A stretch of 37,703 nucleotides of DNA, counting the filler, from Candidatus Woesearchaeota archaeon (GTDB taxonomy: Archaea; Nanobdellota; Nanobdellia; Woesearchaeales; ARS49): assembly GCA_016188265.1 (NCBI GenBank). It is 2 parts of 2 records of this genome, joined end to end, with 100 filler letters (N's around TTAATTAATTAA, not from the genome) between each part and the next. Parts side by side here need not be neighbours in the genome. Positions count along the whole stretch, not along the records: positions 1 to 29,916 come from JACPID010000022.1; 1 more part is not named here. One strand, 5' to 3'. Position numbers and translations under genes: made by a program. Shown here in pieces: positions 7,499-19,078 of this stretch; positions within the stretch are counted from its first letter, which is position 1, and the number at the start of each line of letters is the position of its first letter. The notes beneath the pieces were generated by a model. It was given only the letters and a program-made list of their open reading frames with translations, was not told the origin of the DNA and made no database searches.

Positions 7499-9640
7499 TT
7501 GAACTCGAAAAAAGGACAGCTAACTTTGTTTATAATTTTAGGACTGATTTTACTTATTTTAGCTGGTGTACTTATTTACTGGTATACTTTAGAGCCTGCT
7601 ATTACAGAGAAACTGCCTGCAATTGCTGTTGTTCCTGAAGAAATAAAAGAAGTAAGCGATGTTTTTAGTTCTTGCTTAAAAGAAAATCTTGAACAAGCGC
7701 TTATTCAGTTAGGAATGCACGGCGGGTTTTTAGAAACAAAAACATTTCTTCATAATTCATTGAGCCCAACTGAAGCAGGAGCTAACTCTATTAAGCTTAC
7801 AAGAGAGAGTTCATTAATTCTTCCATACTGGTGGTATTTAAGCAATTCAAATCAATGCGATAGAACAGGAAATTGCGAGTTTAAACAAAACAAGCCTAGT
7901 TTTACAAGCATCCAGCAAGATCTTACAAAAAAATTAAAAGAACAAATTCCTATTTGCATAGCACTAGTTCAAACAATGCCAGGTTATGAAGTAAAAGCTA
8001 AAGAACAACCTTTTTTTGATATTTTATTTCAAAAAGAATCAATAAGCGCACTTGTAAAATACCCCTTAGAAATTAAAAAAGGAGAGGTTGTTAAAACTAT
8101 TGACCAATTTTTAGCAGTTGTTGACTTGAATTTACGTGAAATACTAGATCTTGCAGATACAGTAACACAATATGAAGCTGTTAGTGGTTTTTTAGGAACT
8201 TTCTCTTACAATATAATAAATTATTATATGGGTTTAGATGAAAATGAAATACCTCCTTCTAATGCATACACTTTTGATTTCAGCGCAGGAAAGTATTGGA
8301 CCAAGTCAAAAGTTAAAGAAACAGTAAAAACATTACTTACAAGTTTTACACCATTTCTAAAAGCAGGAGGCACTCAAAATTATCAATATATTTTCGCTCC
8401 AAAAGGCCTCGCAGATCCTGAAAGATTTGAGCTGTTATACAACCGTGAATTCACACTTCCACTAGAAAAAACATTTCCTTCACTTAAAATTAGATTTGTA
8501 TACCTGCCTGATTGGGAGCCATATTTTGATCTTGACTGCAATGGAGAACTATGCCTGCCTGAATCTTTTTTAGGAAAATTTAATTTTGTTTTTGGACTGC
8601 AAAAATACCATTTTGTTTATGATTTAAGCTTTCCAGTGCTTGTTGAAATAACAAACCCAACAGCACTAGATGGAAAAGGATATTCTTTTAGATTTTTTTT
8701 AGAAGGAAATCTTCGCGCAAATAAACCCTTAAAAACAGACACGCCTCCAACAAGCACATTTGAAGAAACAAGCAACATGATGTATTGCAGTCCTGAACAG
8801 TTTACAAGCCCTCCCGTAGAACTCTCTTTTATAGATAGAAAAACAAAACAAAACATTCAAAACATCACAGTATTATACACTTGCGGAACAGATACCTGCA
8901 ATCTTGGAGTTGCAAGGCAAGGAATACTGAATCAGCCTTTACCGCGATGCATTGGAGGATTATTAACTGCACTAAAAGACAACTATGCAACATCATACAC
9001 TCTATTAGATGTAGAAGATGAAGCAGTAAAAGAAGCAGTAATTCTAGAGCCTTATGTTAAGTTTAATGTAAAAGCAGAAAGAATTTCTTTAAGAAAAACA
9101 CCTCAAGGATGGATTGCAGATGAGCAAGGAGTTGTTCCATTGCGTGATGAACATATTTTAATAATAATGACCAGGCAAAGCAAAGAAAATGAAGACAAAT
9201 ACTCTGCACTAGTAGAATTATATGGAAACCCTACCAGAGAGCAGAAAAAAACAATTGAAATAATTCCGGGAAAATATAATATACAAGTTGTAAGCATGCT
9301 AGAACCTGAAAAATCATTGATAATCCCTAAAGATGAACGCTGCTGGAATATTCCAAAGAAAAAGTTTCCCTTAAAAAAAGAAAAAGAATGCTTTTACATT
9401 CCTGAAAAAGATATTGAGTTTACAAAAGAACAGCCATTTATTACATCACAATTTTCCTATGAATGGAGTATTACACCACAAGTATTGGATGCTGGAAGAG
9501 AAATTATTTTTCCCTATCCTTCAATAGACATAGTGTCTCTATCACAAGAAAATAGAAAAATAGAAGATATTTCAGCAGTAAATATTGTGCAAAAAATAGT
9601 TGAAGAAAAAAAAACATTTTATGGCCCGAAAATAACATGA
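7499..9640 (+). CDS. Large exported protein with class III (prepilin-type) signal peptide
   Basis: KKGQ-LTLFIILGLILL N-terminus, paired cysteines, 713 aa, TTG start. Confidence 0.8.
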   Translation: MNSKKGQLTLFIILGLILLILAGVLIYWYTLEPAITEKLPAIAVVPEEIKEVSDVFSSCLKENLEQALIQLGMHGGFLETKTFLHNSLSPTEAGANSIKLTRESSLILPYWWYLSNSNQCDRTGNCEFKQNKPSFTSIQQDLTKKLKEQIPICIALVQTMPGYEVKAKEQPFFDILFQKESISALVKYPLEIKKGEVVKTIDQFLAVVDLNLREILDLADTVTQYEAVSGFLGTFSYNIINYYMGLDENEIPPSNAYTFDFSAGKYWTKSKVKETVKTLLTSFTPFLKAGGTQNYQYIFAPKGLADPERFELLYNREFTLPLEKTFPSLKIRFVYLPDWEPYFDLDCNGELCLPESFLGKFNFVFGLQKYHFVYDLSFPVLVEITNPTALDGKGYSFRFFLEGNLRANKPLKTDTPPTSTFEETSNMMYCSPEQFTSPPVELSFIDRKTKQNIQNITVLYTCGTDTCNLGVARQGILNQPLPRCIGGLLTALKDNYATSYTLLDVEDEAVKEAVILEPYVKFNVKAERISLRKTPQGWIADEQGVVPLRDEHILIIMTRQSKENEDKYSALVELYGNPTREQKKTIEIIPGKYNIQVVSMLEPEKSLIIPKDERCWNIPKKKFPLKKEKECFYIPEKDIEFTKEQPFITSQFSYEWSITPQVLDAGREIIFPYPSIDIVSLSQENRKIEDISAVNIVQKIVEEKKTFYGPKIT

Positions 9641-12600
9641 GCAATAAAAAAATAATTTCATTACTAATGATTTTTATTATTGCAAGCACTCCTTTTACCT
9701 TTGCCCAGCCTACACCACAGCCTTTGTTTAAAGTTGTTCATTTAGGAGGCAATGATAATATTAAAGGCTACATGAAACCTGGAGATAATTTTGTTGTTGA
9801 AGCGCTGGTTACAATCCCAGGACAATCAGTTGTGAAAGAACAGGTTCATTTAGAGTATGAAGGAGAATTTCAGTTTTTTCAAGAATGCACAAAAACAGAA
9901 GGAGATGCTTATAAATGTATTTTTGAATCTCCAACAGCGCTTCCTGGAGAGTATACTGTTTCTGCATACTTATACAAAGACAGATTAAGTGAAACCGCAC
10001 CTGCTTTGTATACTGAAAAAAATAGGTTACAAATCGACAGCCTTCCGCCAGCAATAACATTATTTGAATTAAACAAAGTTTTTACAAGAGATGGAAAAGT
10101 AAAAATAAATTACAAAGCAGAAGATTACTGGCCTAAAACAAAAGATACAACTTCATGCAGCGGAATTAAACAAGTAGAATTCAAAATAGGCAATGAAGTT
10201 GTTCAAACACGCCAAGGAAGTTTAGGAAGATGCACTCTTTCAGAAGTATTTGAGTACAACCATATAACAACTGAAGAATTTGAAGCTGTAAAATTATGTG
10301 TTTCTGCTTTTGACTTCTTTGATAGGCCAAGCAAAATAGTTTGCAAAGAGTTTTCAATTGATTCACATGCCCCTATAATTGAAAGCGCAGAAGTAACTGA
10401 TAAAAAAGGCTTTCACTTAACACATTTAAGACCTGGTGAAAAAGAAAGAGATGCAGACTTGATTGTTAAAGTTATTCCAGACACAATTAATGAAAAAAGC
10501 GATCTTGAAGAATCACTGCTTTTTGCAGATTTATCAAGCGCAAACCCTTCTGAAAAGCAAAGAAATTTTGATGAAAAAATAAATGATGAAACATTTTTAT
10601 GGAATGTAAGAATAAAAGATCCTGTTAAATGCAATGCTATTGTTAAAGCTCAAGATAAACTAGGCAATAAAGCAGAACAATCATTTCCTTGTAAATTGCC
10701 AGTTGATGATGTAGGCCCTGAGCTTGTAAAAACAAGTGCGCCAAGTGCAACAGAACAAGGGGTTTTAGTTTTTGGAATCAACGCCCCTATAAAAGCTGTT
10801 TTTAAAGATCTAGATAGAGAAGGAAATGCTGGCATTGGAATGCATGAAGATACTACAAGATTAAATCTAGGCTCATTAGGACTAGGCATTGTAAAAGCAG
10901 ACCTTTGTGAAAAAACAAGTGACAAAGAATGGACTTGCACGTGGAAAGTAAAACCAACTGTTAATTCTGGCAAATACTTTATTTCACTTGATGCATCTTC
11001 TATAACAGATGCTCTTGGCAATAAATTAAAAGAAAGCATTAAACAAGAGGTAGTTTTTGACCGCGACCCTCCAAAAATCTTCTCCATTGAACAAAAAATT
11101 ATTGCAGGAGAAGCTGAATTTGAAAATGTTATTGTTGCGCAAAACCAAGTTCGCTACATTGTTAACACAACAAGCGATGTTGTTTCAGGACTTGCAAACT
11201 TTACACAATTAGGCGGAGATGAAGCAAAAGGAGATTGCAGTTTAGTTGAAGATGAAGATAAAGTTCAATGTATTTTTGATAGTATTGTTCAAAAAACAGG
11301 CCCTTATAATTTTAGTGTAAATATCGCTGTTTTTGATGCAGCAGGAAACACTGCATTAACAAGCGCAAAAGGCAAAGTGTATGAATTAGTTGATGAAGCT
11401 AAAAATTACTGGAAAACCAGCATGGCTTGCACTCCTAAACTAATTGATAGAAGCCTTGCCTCACTTATTCCTCATACAGTATACTGCCATATAAAATTAA
11501 AACCCTTAGATCAAAGTGATAAAAACATAAAACCCTTAAGCGTTGTTCTAAGCAATTGGCCGGCAAACTGCAAAGGAGACATAGGGGGAAATATTGCAGA
11601 CATACAAGTTATCCATGAAGCAGAAAGCCAAGATGCTTACTTGCAAGTATTTTTACAACAGCAAGAAGTTGAATTAAACAAACTAGAAATTGCTTGTGAT
11701 GTCAGTGTTTTCACAATGCTGGACAATAAAGCTGTTAGAACCCCTGAAGTTGAATCAGTAAATTCTTCAGTAGGATTTTATAATCTGCCACATGGAGAAT
11801 TGTATGGTTCAATTGAAAACGAAATAAAAAAAGCAGTAAAAGATTCTGAAAACATGAAAAACATTCTTGAACCAATGTCTAAACTTTTAGATACTGCTGA
11901 AAATGTTTGCAAAACAAAAACAGCAATAACTGGAGCAATAACAGCATTATACCTTCTAGTTAAAAGCTTAGGAATTGTTGAAGATATTCTTGTTTTTAAT
12001 GATTGGATTCCAGGAGTAGCTGCAGTTCATGTAGCAGTGTATGAAGCAAGAGTAACTGCCTGCGGCGCTAAAGAAGCAGTAAGCTTAACTTATGAAGGAG
12101 GTATTTTTGGCTGGCTTGATAAATTCTGCCTGATATCAAACTGCCAATTACAAAGCGGTAAAGGCCCTTGGGGCATAGAAAACATTGTCGGCGGACAAGC
12201 ACCTTGGTGCAGAGCTCTTGAAAGCTCAGCTGGACAAGTTAAATTATTTGGCCAAGAAACATTAAAAGAAATAGATCAATTAAAAGGCACAGGAGCATAC
12301 TCGCCAGAAGCCTTAGAAAATATTGCAGAAAGCAAAGAAGCATTTGGCAAAGCACAAGAACAAACAACAGAACCAATAAGGCTATTAAATGTTAAAGACA
12401 GCATAATATGGAGTGTTGGATGTTTATGCCTTCCTGGAATTGTAAATAATTTAGAAAAGTACAGGCAAATAAAGTGCAGATATGCCCAGTGCTTAATTGA
12501 AGATGTTAAAAAATACGGAATTTCTCCAACAGAATGCCGTGATGAAAATCATTACTTATCATGCGCTTACTGGACTGGAGAAATATGGGAAACAATGCCC

Positions 12601-12858
12601 TTTTCAAGAATCTTTGACAGTTATGCAAAATTTATTGGAGAACTACTTACTGATCCAGGAGCGCTCATATCAGCAATAATAGGAAATTTTTGTTATTATT
12701 CATGCCCTTCACCAGAATCTGTTACTTACACAGTTTGTGCAAGCTTTAGAACACTTTCAACAATGGGCGAAGCAATACAATCATTTGTCCAAATAAGCAA
12801 AATGAAATCATTTACTAAATCAGGAAAAGATGAACAAGACTATTGTTCACAACTATAA
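9637..12858 (+). CDS. Large secreted protein with Ig-like repeats and Cys-rich C-terminal region
   Basis: Signal peptide; repeated D.AGN/D.LGN and D..PP.I boundaries typical of Ig-like domains; CLCLPGIVNNLEKYRQIKCRYAQCL block. Confidence 0.8.
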   Translation: MSNKKIISLLMIFIIASTPFTFAQPTPQPLFKVVHLGGNDNIKGYMKPGDNFVVEALVTIPGQSVVKEQVHLEYEGEFQFFQECTKTEGDAYKCIFESPTALPGEYTVSAYLYKDRLSETAPALYTEKNRLQIDSLPPAITLFELNKVFTRDGKVKINYKAEDYWPKTKDTTSCSGIKQVEFKIGNEVVQTRQGSLGRCTLSEVFEYNHITTEEFEAVKLCVSAFDFFDRPSKIVCKEFSIDSHAPIIESAEVTDKKGFHLTHLRPGEKERDADLIVKVIPDTINEKSDLEESLLFADLSSANPSEKQRNFDEKINDETFLWNVRIKDPVKCNAIVKAQDKLGNKAEQSFPCKLPVDDVGPELVKTSAPSATEQGVLVFGINAPIKAVFKDLDREGNAGIGMHEDTTRLNLGSLGLGIVKADLCEKTSDKEWTCTWKVKPTVNSGKYFISLDASSITDALGNKLKESIKQEVVFDRDPPKIFSIEQKIIAGEAEFENVIVAQNQVRYIVNTTSDVVSGLANFTQLGGDEAKGDCSLVEDEDKVQCIFDSIVQKTGPYNFSVNIAVFDAAGNTALTSAKGKVYELVDEAKNYWKTSMACTPKLIDRSLASLIPHTVYCHIKLKPLDQSDKNIKPLSVVLSNWPANCKGDIGGNIADIQVIHEAESQDAYLQVFLQQQEVELNKLEIACDVSVFTMLDNKAVRTPEVESVNSSVGFYNLPHGELYGSIENEIKKAVKDSENMKNILEPMSKLLDTAENVCKTKTAITGAITALYLLVKSLGIVEDILVFNDWIPGVAAVHVAVYEARVTACGAKEAVSLTYEGGIFGWLDKFCLISNCQLQSGKGPWGIENIVGGQAPWCRALESSAGQVKLFGQETLKEIDQLKGTGAYSPEALENIAESKEAFGKAQEQTTEPIRLLNVKDSIIWSVGCLCLPGIVNNLEKYRQIKCRYAQCLIEDVKKYGISPTECRDENHYLSCAYWTGEIWETMPFSRIFDSYAKFIGELLTDPGALISAIIGNFCYYSCPSPESVTYTVCASFRTLSTMGEAIQSFVQISKMKSFTKSGKDEQDYCSQL

Positions 12859-14525
12859 TGAAAAAAAAAATCACAACAATAATAATTGCATTAATTGTTT
12901 TACAAATAGCAATAGCCGTAGAAGCAGCAAATCCAGAAGATACTATGCTCGATGAAGAATCAACAGCCGACACTTCTGGAGAGGTTATAATTATTCCTTC
13001 TGTATCTAAGGATGAAATAGAATTAGATAAAGATACAAAAGCAAAAATAATATCAGGTAAAGCAGAAATAATACCAAAAAATGATGTTGATAAATATAAA
13101 AAATATGATCCAAATCTTGTTAAAATAGAAGATAAAAAATTAATAAAATTCATAACAGAAAATCCAGACCTAGATTATAGTAAAGTAGCAGAATTTATTA
13201 AAGAAAATAAAGAAATCAAAACAGTAGCAATTACTGGTCTTCTTATATTAACTTCTCATGAAGAAGTAAAACAAAAAATAACAGTGCATCCTAAACTTTT
13301 ATGGTGGGAGGCAAAAGAACAAACAAGAACATTAATAGTGGAAAAAGAAACAAGTGTAGATATTTCAAGAGGGACCATAGAAACAACAAAAAGATCAGTA
13401 AAAGATGAAAATGATGTAGTAGTTAAAGAAGTCGAAGTGACAAAAGAATTTGATGTAGACGGACTTTTACAAAGAGAATCAGAAACTAGAAAAATAGGAG
13501 ATGAAAAGTACAGCATTGAAAAAAAATATGAAAGAGAAAAACACTTATCTTCTTCAAAAATCACATTTGATCCAATAACTGTTTCAGGAGAACTAAAAGG
13601 AAAAAAAGTTACATTAAACATTAAAGGAGTAGAGCTAGATAGCCAGGGAAATACACGGGTTGTTTTAGAAAATGAAAAAATTAGTGATGTAATAGATTCA
13701 AGTGAAGTTGTTGGATTACTGAAAGATAAACCTGAAATTAGAAAGCAAGTAATGTTTTCAATTGCTGCAGCTCCAGGAGCAAATGGATGGGTGAAATGGT
13801 ATAATCGAGCTTTTAGTGAAGGATTTTGGGGATTTATGGGAGGATCACTAAAAGCATACGAACAATTCAAAGGACTCTCCACATGGACAAACCTTATACA
13901 AGATAAATCCTATGTTGAATGGAAAGAGTCATGGCGTGAGAAAGTAAGCAGTGTATTTTGCGCTATTTCAGGAATTGGAGATTGTTTTAAATCAGCAATA
14001 TGCGAAAGATATGCAAGAAGTCCTGGAGGTGGAACAGTTATTGGAGAATTTAAAGGCTCGCCAAGAAGTGTTGTTAAAATTGTCGCAGATAAAAGCCTGC
14101 AATTAGACACTCCTGAAGGCAAAGCACATTATTACAGAGTAACTTATTATTTAGCAAACCCAACACAACAAACAATGTCCTATAATCTTTATTTTATAAC
14201 TGACAAAGGTGAAAAAATTCCTTGGTTTATTGATGAAAAAGGAAATACAGCACCTCAACAAATTCTTGCAGGCAGTGCAGTTGGAAGATCAGCAGATTCT
14301 CCGTTAATAAGTAGGCCATCAACAAAAAATTATGTTAATATATGCCTTGAATTTAGTCCTAGAATAATAAAGTCAAATAAGTCAAAAACAGGATCTCACT
14401 GCGCAGGCCCGATTCCCAGTTATAGCGGAAGTATTCAAACTATTGAAAAACAAAAACAAATACTAGAAGAAAAAACAAAAGAACCAACAAAAACATCAGG
14501 ATTAAGAGAAGGTGCACTAATTTGA
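12858..14525 (+). CDS. Secreted hypothetical protein
   Basis: MKKKITTIIIALIVLQIAIAVEA signal peptide from ATG 12858 (TAATG overlap). Confidence 0.75.
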   Translation: MKKKITTIIIALIVLQIAIAVEAANPEDTMLDEESTADTSGEVIIIPSVSKDEIELDKDTKAKIISGKAEIIPKNDVDKYKKYDPNLVKIEDKKLIKFITENPDLDYSKVAEFIKENKEIKTVAITGLLILTSHEEVKQKITVHPKLLWWEAKEQTRTLIVEKETSVDISRGTIETTKRSVKDENDVVVKEVEVTKEFDVDGLLQRESETRKIGDEKYSIEKKYEREKHLSSSKITFDPITVSGELKGKKVTLNIKGVELDSQGNTRVVLENEKISDVIDSSEVVGLLKDKPEIRKQVMFSIAAAPGANGWVKWYNRAFSEGFWGFMGGSLKAYEQFKGLSTWTNLIQDKSYVEWKESWREKVSSVFCAISGIGDCFKSAICERYARSPGGGTVIGEFKGSPRSVVKIVADKSLQLDTPEGKAHYYRVTYYLANPTQQTMSYNLYFITDKGEKIPWFIDEKGNTAPQQILAGSAVGRSADSPLISRPSTKNYVNICLEFSPRIIKSNKSKTGSHCAGPIPSYSGSIQTIEKQKQILEEKTKEPTKTSGLREGALI

Positions 14526-15400
14526 AATATTTGCTAAAAATAATCGGAGGCTTAATTCTAGCATCAACACTTGTTCAAGTTTATGTTCAAATAATAGATT
14601 TTACATTAATACTAAAACTATTTGCAGGAATTACTTTATTATTTAGTTCAGAAAAGCATTTCAAGCATTTGATTTTAATTAAAAAGCAGGGATCTGTTTT
14701 TTTTACAACATTTATTCTTGAAACTGTTTTTTTTAGTTGTTTGTATGTTTTAAGCTTGTTATTAAAGAAGGTTTTACTTTTAGTTCAAAATAAATTTATT
14801 GAAAATGCAGTTATTGACCAGACACAACTCATAGATCCAATAATAGCAGCTCAAATGTTATCAGTTGGAAAAAGTTTTTTAGTACAGTATAGTATAACAA
14901 TACTTATGTATTTGGCTTTAGTACTAGTTTTGTATTCATCAACCAGGTCATTAATATGGGCATTTATTGCAAAAAAAGAATTTACAAAAAAAACATTGCT
15001 TCAATTTTTAAGATTAGATGCATTATGGTTTTTATTATGGATAGTTTTATTTTTGTTTTTTGCTTTTGGAACAAAACCTGAATTAGCAGTTTTCGGGTTT
15101 TATTTCATCATGATATGGTCAATTCACAGCACGTTGTTTGCTCACATTACACTTATAAAATCAAATAAAGCTCTTTATTCTTTTAGCCAAGGCTTAAAAC
15201 AAAGCTTTACAAAACTTAAACTAGCATTGCCTTATTATGGTGTTGCAATTGCAATTGCGTGGATTATTTTTCTATTGATTAATCTTACACCAGTTCCACA
15301 AACAATTATTTACCAGTTGGAAACAATTATTTTTATTGCATTTTTCAGCTGGTATAGAATTTACACGAGCAATTCAATATTACACTCTCCACACAACTGA
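14522..15400 (+). CDS. Multi-pass membrane protein
   Basis: About 7-8 hydrophobic segments; overlaps the upstream stop. Confidence 0.7.
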   Translation: MKYLLKIIGGLILASTLVQVYVQIIDFTLILKLFAGITLLFSSEKHFKHLILIKKQGSVFFTTFILETVFFSCLYVLSLLLKKVLLLVQNKFIENAVIDQTQLIDPIIAAQMLSVGKSFLVQYSITILMYLALVLVLYSSTRSLIWAFIAKKEFTKKTLLQFLRLDALWFLLWIVLFLFFAFGTKPELAVFGFYFIMIWSIHSTLFAHITLIKSNKALYSFSQGLKQSFTKLKLALPYYGVAIAIAWIIFLLINLTPVPQTIIYQLETIIFIAFFSWYRIYTSNSILHSPHN

Positions 15401-15414
15401 ACAAAGAGACTGCA

Positions 15415-16014
15415 TTATAATGTATAACGAAAAGGCAGTGTTTTAAAAGGATCATAAATAAATCTCCGACGTTCTGAAGCAGGCAAGTTTAAAAAATTCA
15501 TTTTAGCAAGTTTAGCATATGAAACATCTTGAAAATACTGGTCAATCCAAGAATAAAATTCTTGAATTGTTTTCTCAAGTTCAATCTTGTTATTTTTAAT
15601 TAAGTATGCTCTTGTCACAAATTCATTTAATTGCTTAAAAGAAAGCAATGCTTCAGGAAAATGCCAAGAGGCTTTTTTTGGAAGCAATTGGTTGCACTGA
15701 AAACTCCAAAAAAAAATATGAAACGGAGCATTAATAACTGCATATTGTTCTTTAGGCGTGTATTGTTTAAATTCAACACTTCCTGAAAATAATTCTGTTT
15801 TTAAAAGTGAAATATTTGATAATTCAAAATAAACAAAATCATTTTTAATAATACTGCCTTTAGTATGCCAGTCGGGAGTTATTAAAAAAGAATAATATGC
15901 GTGTGAATAAATAGGGTCTTTGACTTTATCAACAAGAATAGCACGAACATACTCTTTGCCAAATTCTTCAACAAGAGAATCAATACTAGGTATAGATGGT
16001 TCTTTTACAAGCAT
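15415..16014 (-). CDS. Hypothetical protein
   Basis: 199-aa ORF, no motif recognised. Confidence 0.6.
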   Translation of the reverse strand: MLVKEPSIPSIDSLVEEFGKEYVRAILVDKVKDPIYSHAYYSFLITPDWHTKGSIIKNDFVYFELSNISLLKTELFSGSVEFKQYTPKEQYAVINAPFHIFFWSFQCNQLLPKKASWHFPEALLSFKQLNEFVTRAYLIKNNKIELEKTIQEFYSWIDQYFQDVSYAKLAKMNFLNLPASERRRFIYDPFKTLPFRYTL

Positions 16015-16047
16015 TTAAGAATACTAATAAATAAAGTTTTTAAACAT

Positions 16048-17286
<1,239 letters not shown>

Positions 17287-17321
17287 ATAAAATAAAATGA
17301 GAAATAAAAGAAAGACTTTTT

Positions 17322-18287
17322 TTAGCGTCTTCCTTTTTTAGTATTAACAACAAGCTTTTTACGTCTGCCTTTTTTGCGCTCTTCTTTCATGCGTCGTTCA
17401 AGATCTAACTTGTCAAGCAATTCCTTATAACGATTTCTAATAGTAACTTCTGTAACTCCAGCAACATCAGCAACTTCACGTTGTGTACGCTTTTCTCCAT
17501 GCATTAAAGCAGCAACATATAATGCTGCAGCTGCAATTCCTGTTGGGCCACGGCCTGAAGTAAGCTCTTCATGCTGTGCTTCATCAAGGATTTCAACTGC
17601 TTTGCTTTGTGTTTCTGGATTTAATTTAAGGGAGCTTGCAAAACGCGCAATATAATCTGCTGGATTGCTTGGCAATATACTAATACCAAGTTCTCTTGTG
17701 ACAAAACGGTATGTTCTGCCAATTTCTTTTTTCTCAATATTGCTTGCTTCTGATAATTCATCAAGAGTTCTAGGAACTTCATGCCTTCTGCAAGCTGCAT
17801 AAAGCGCTCCAGCAACAACACTTTCCATTGATCTTCCACGTACAAGCCCTCTTTGAACAGCTTGAGTATAGATCATAGCTGCTTCTTCTTCTACACTTTT
17901 TGGAAGTTTAAGAAATGAAGAAACTCTTTTCAATTCTGCTAAAGCAAGCTTTAAATTTCTTTCAATAGCAGTACTAATTCTATACTGCCATTTTCTCAAG
18001 CGAAAGAATTTATTTCTATCTTTTGAATCAAGATTAAACAAATCTGCTTTTTGACCAACTTCTGTACCAAGACCTTGATCAAATTGAGTGTAAGTCATTG
18101 GCGCACCAGAACGTCTTCTTCCAGTTTCTCCGCCTTCAGCTTCAAACTCACGCCATTCCTGGCCTGCATCAACCATTTTATCTTCAATAACAAGTCCGCA
18201 AGCTCTGCAAATAATCTCACCTTTATCACGGTTTATGAACAAGTCATCACCGCTGCATTCCGGACATTTTTTAATAAAGTATTGCAT
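17322..18287 (-). CDS. tfb: Transcription initiation factor IIB
   Basis: CPEC..GEIICRACGLVI zinc ribbon, EWREF, two cyclin repeats; AGGTGA SD precedes ATG 18287. Confidence 0.97.
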   Translation of the reverse strand: MQYFIKKCPECSGDDLFINRDKGEIICRACGLVIEDKMVDAGQEWREFEAEGGETGRRRSGAPMTYTQFDQGLGTEVGQKADLFNLDSKDRNKFFRLRKWQYRISTAIERNLKLALAELKRVSSFLKLPKSVEEEAAMIYTQAVQRGLVRGRSMESVVAGALYAACRRHEVPRTLDELSEASNIEKKEIGRTYRFVTRELGISILPSNPADYIARFASSLKLNPETQSKAVEILDEAQHEELTSGRGPTGIAAAALYVAALMHGEKRTQREVADVAGVTEVTIRNRYKELLDKLDLERRMKEERKKGRRKKLVVNTKKGRR

Positions 18288-18422
18288 ATAGCTCACCTTT
18301 GATTTGGCTATCTAAGTTGCCTTTTCTTAACCCAACCCCTTGATTTTGTCAAATAATTTGTTTTGTTTTCTCTAATATATATTAAAGAAAACAACTAATT
18401 TTTTAAATAAATGTTGTATTTG

Positions 18423-18440
18423 ATATATAAATCTTTCGGT
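18423..18440 (-). promoter_or_regulatory. BRE/TATA box upstream of tfb
   Basis: ACCGAAAGATTTATATAT on the minus strand, a close match to archaeal BRE-TATA. Confidence 0.65.
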
Positions 18441-18492
18441 TTTCATTTAATATTTTCAATATAGAAAAGAAATAGTACGAGATTAGTTAAAA

Positions 18493-18618
18493 TCAATCAA
18501 GATCATTGTTTTCTTCTTCATTTTGATCAAAGTTAAGAAAAAGCCCGCAATTGCTACATTTAAGTTCGCCTTCATCAAGCTTGACAAATTCAGTTCCACC
18601 ACAAAAATGACATCTCAT
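18493..18618 (-). CDS. 41-aa zinc-ribbon microprotein; not in the ORF track
   Basis: MRCHFCGGTEFVKLDEGELKCSNCGLFLNFDQNEEENNDLD, two CxxCG motifs. Confidence 0.7.
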   Translation of the reverse strand: MRCHFCGGTEFVKLDEGELKCSNCGLFLNFDQNEEENNDLD

Positions 18619-18630
18619 AATAAAAAAAGA

Positions 18631-19053
18631 TTATTTTACAACAACAGTGCCTCTCATTGAAGGATGAACACTGCACAAGTAATCATATGTTCCTGGCGCT
18701 GTAAATGTGTAAACAAAATCTTCACCTTTGCTTAATCTTTGAGATGAGAATTCATCACCAGTAACTGTATGAGGAGCAGAATCTTTTTGCTTCCAAACAA
18801 CAGTATCTCCGACTTTTAAGGTAATTGTTTGAGGAACAAATGCAAACCCTTTAATTTCAACTATTTGAGTTGATGATTCAATAGTTTTTTCCAGTGGTTC
18901 TTGAACAACTGTTGTTTTCTGATTATTTAATTTATCTTCTTCTTGTTGAACTGTATTTTGAAGATTATTTTCTAATTTAGGAACTTGAGGAGTGCATCCT
19001 ACTATTAACAAAAACAAACTAATTATTGCAAAAATTGTTATTGCTTTTTTCAT
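18631..19053 (-). CDS. Plastocyanin/azurin-type blue copper lipoprotein
   Basis: IVGC lipobox, PHTVT, YLCSVHPSMRG type-1 copper ligands. Confidence 0.92.
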   Translation of the reverse strand: MKKAITIFAIISLFLLIVGCTPQVPKLENNLQNTVQQEEDKLNNQKTTVVQEPLEKTIESSTQIVEIKGFAFVPQTITLKVGDTVVWKQKDSAPHTVTGDEFSSQRLSKGEDFVYTFTAPGTYDYLCSVHPSMRGTVVVK

Positions 19054-19078
19054 GGTATACCACCTTTAAAGTGTTATT

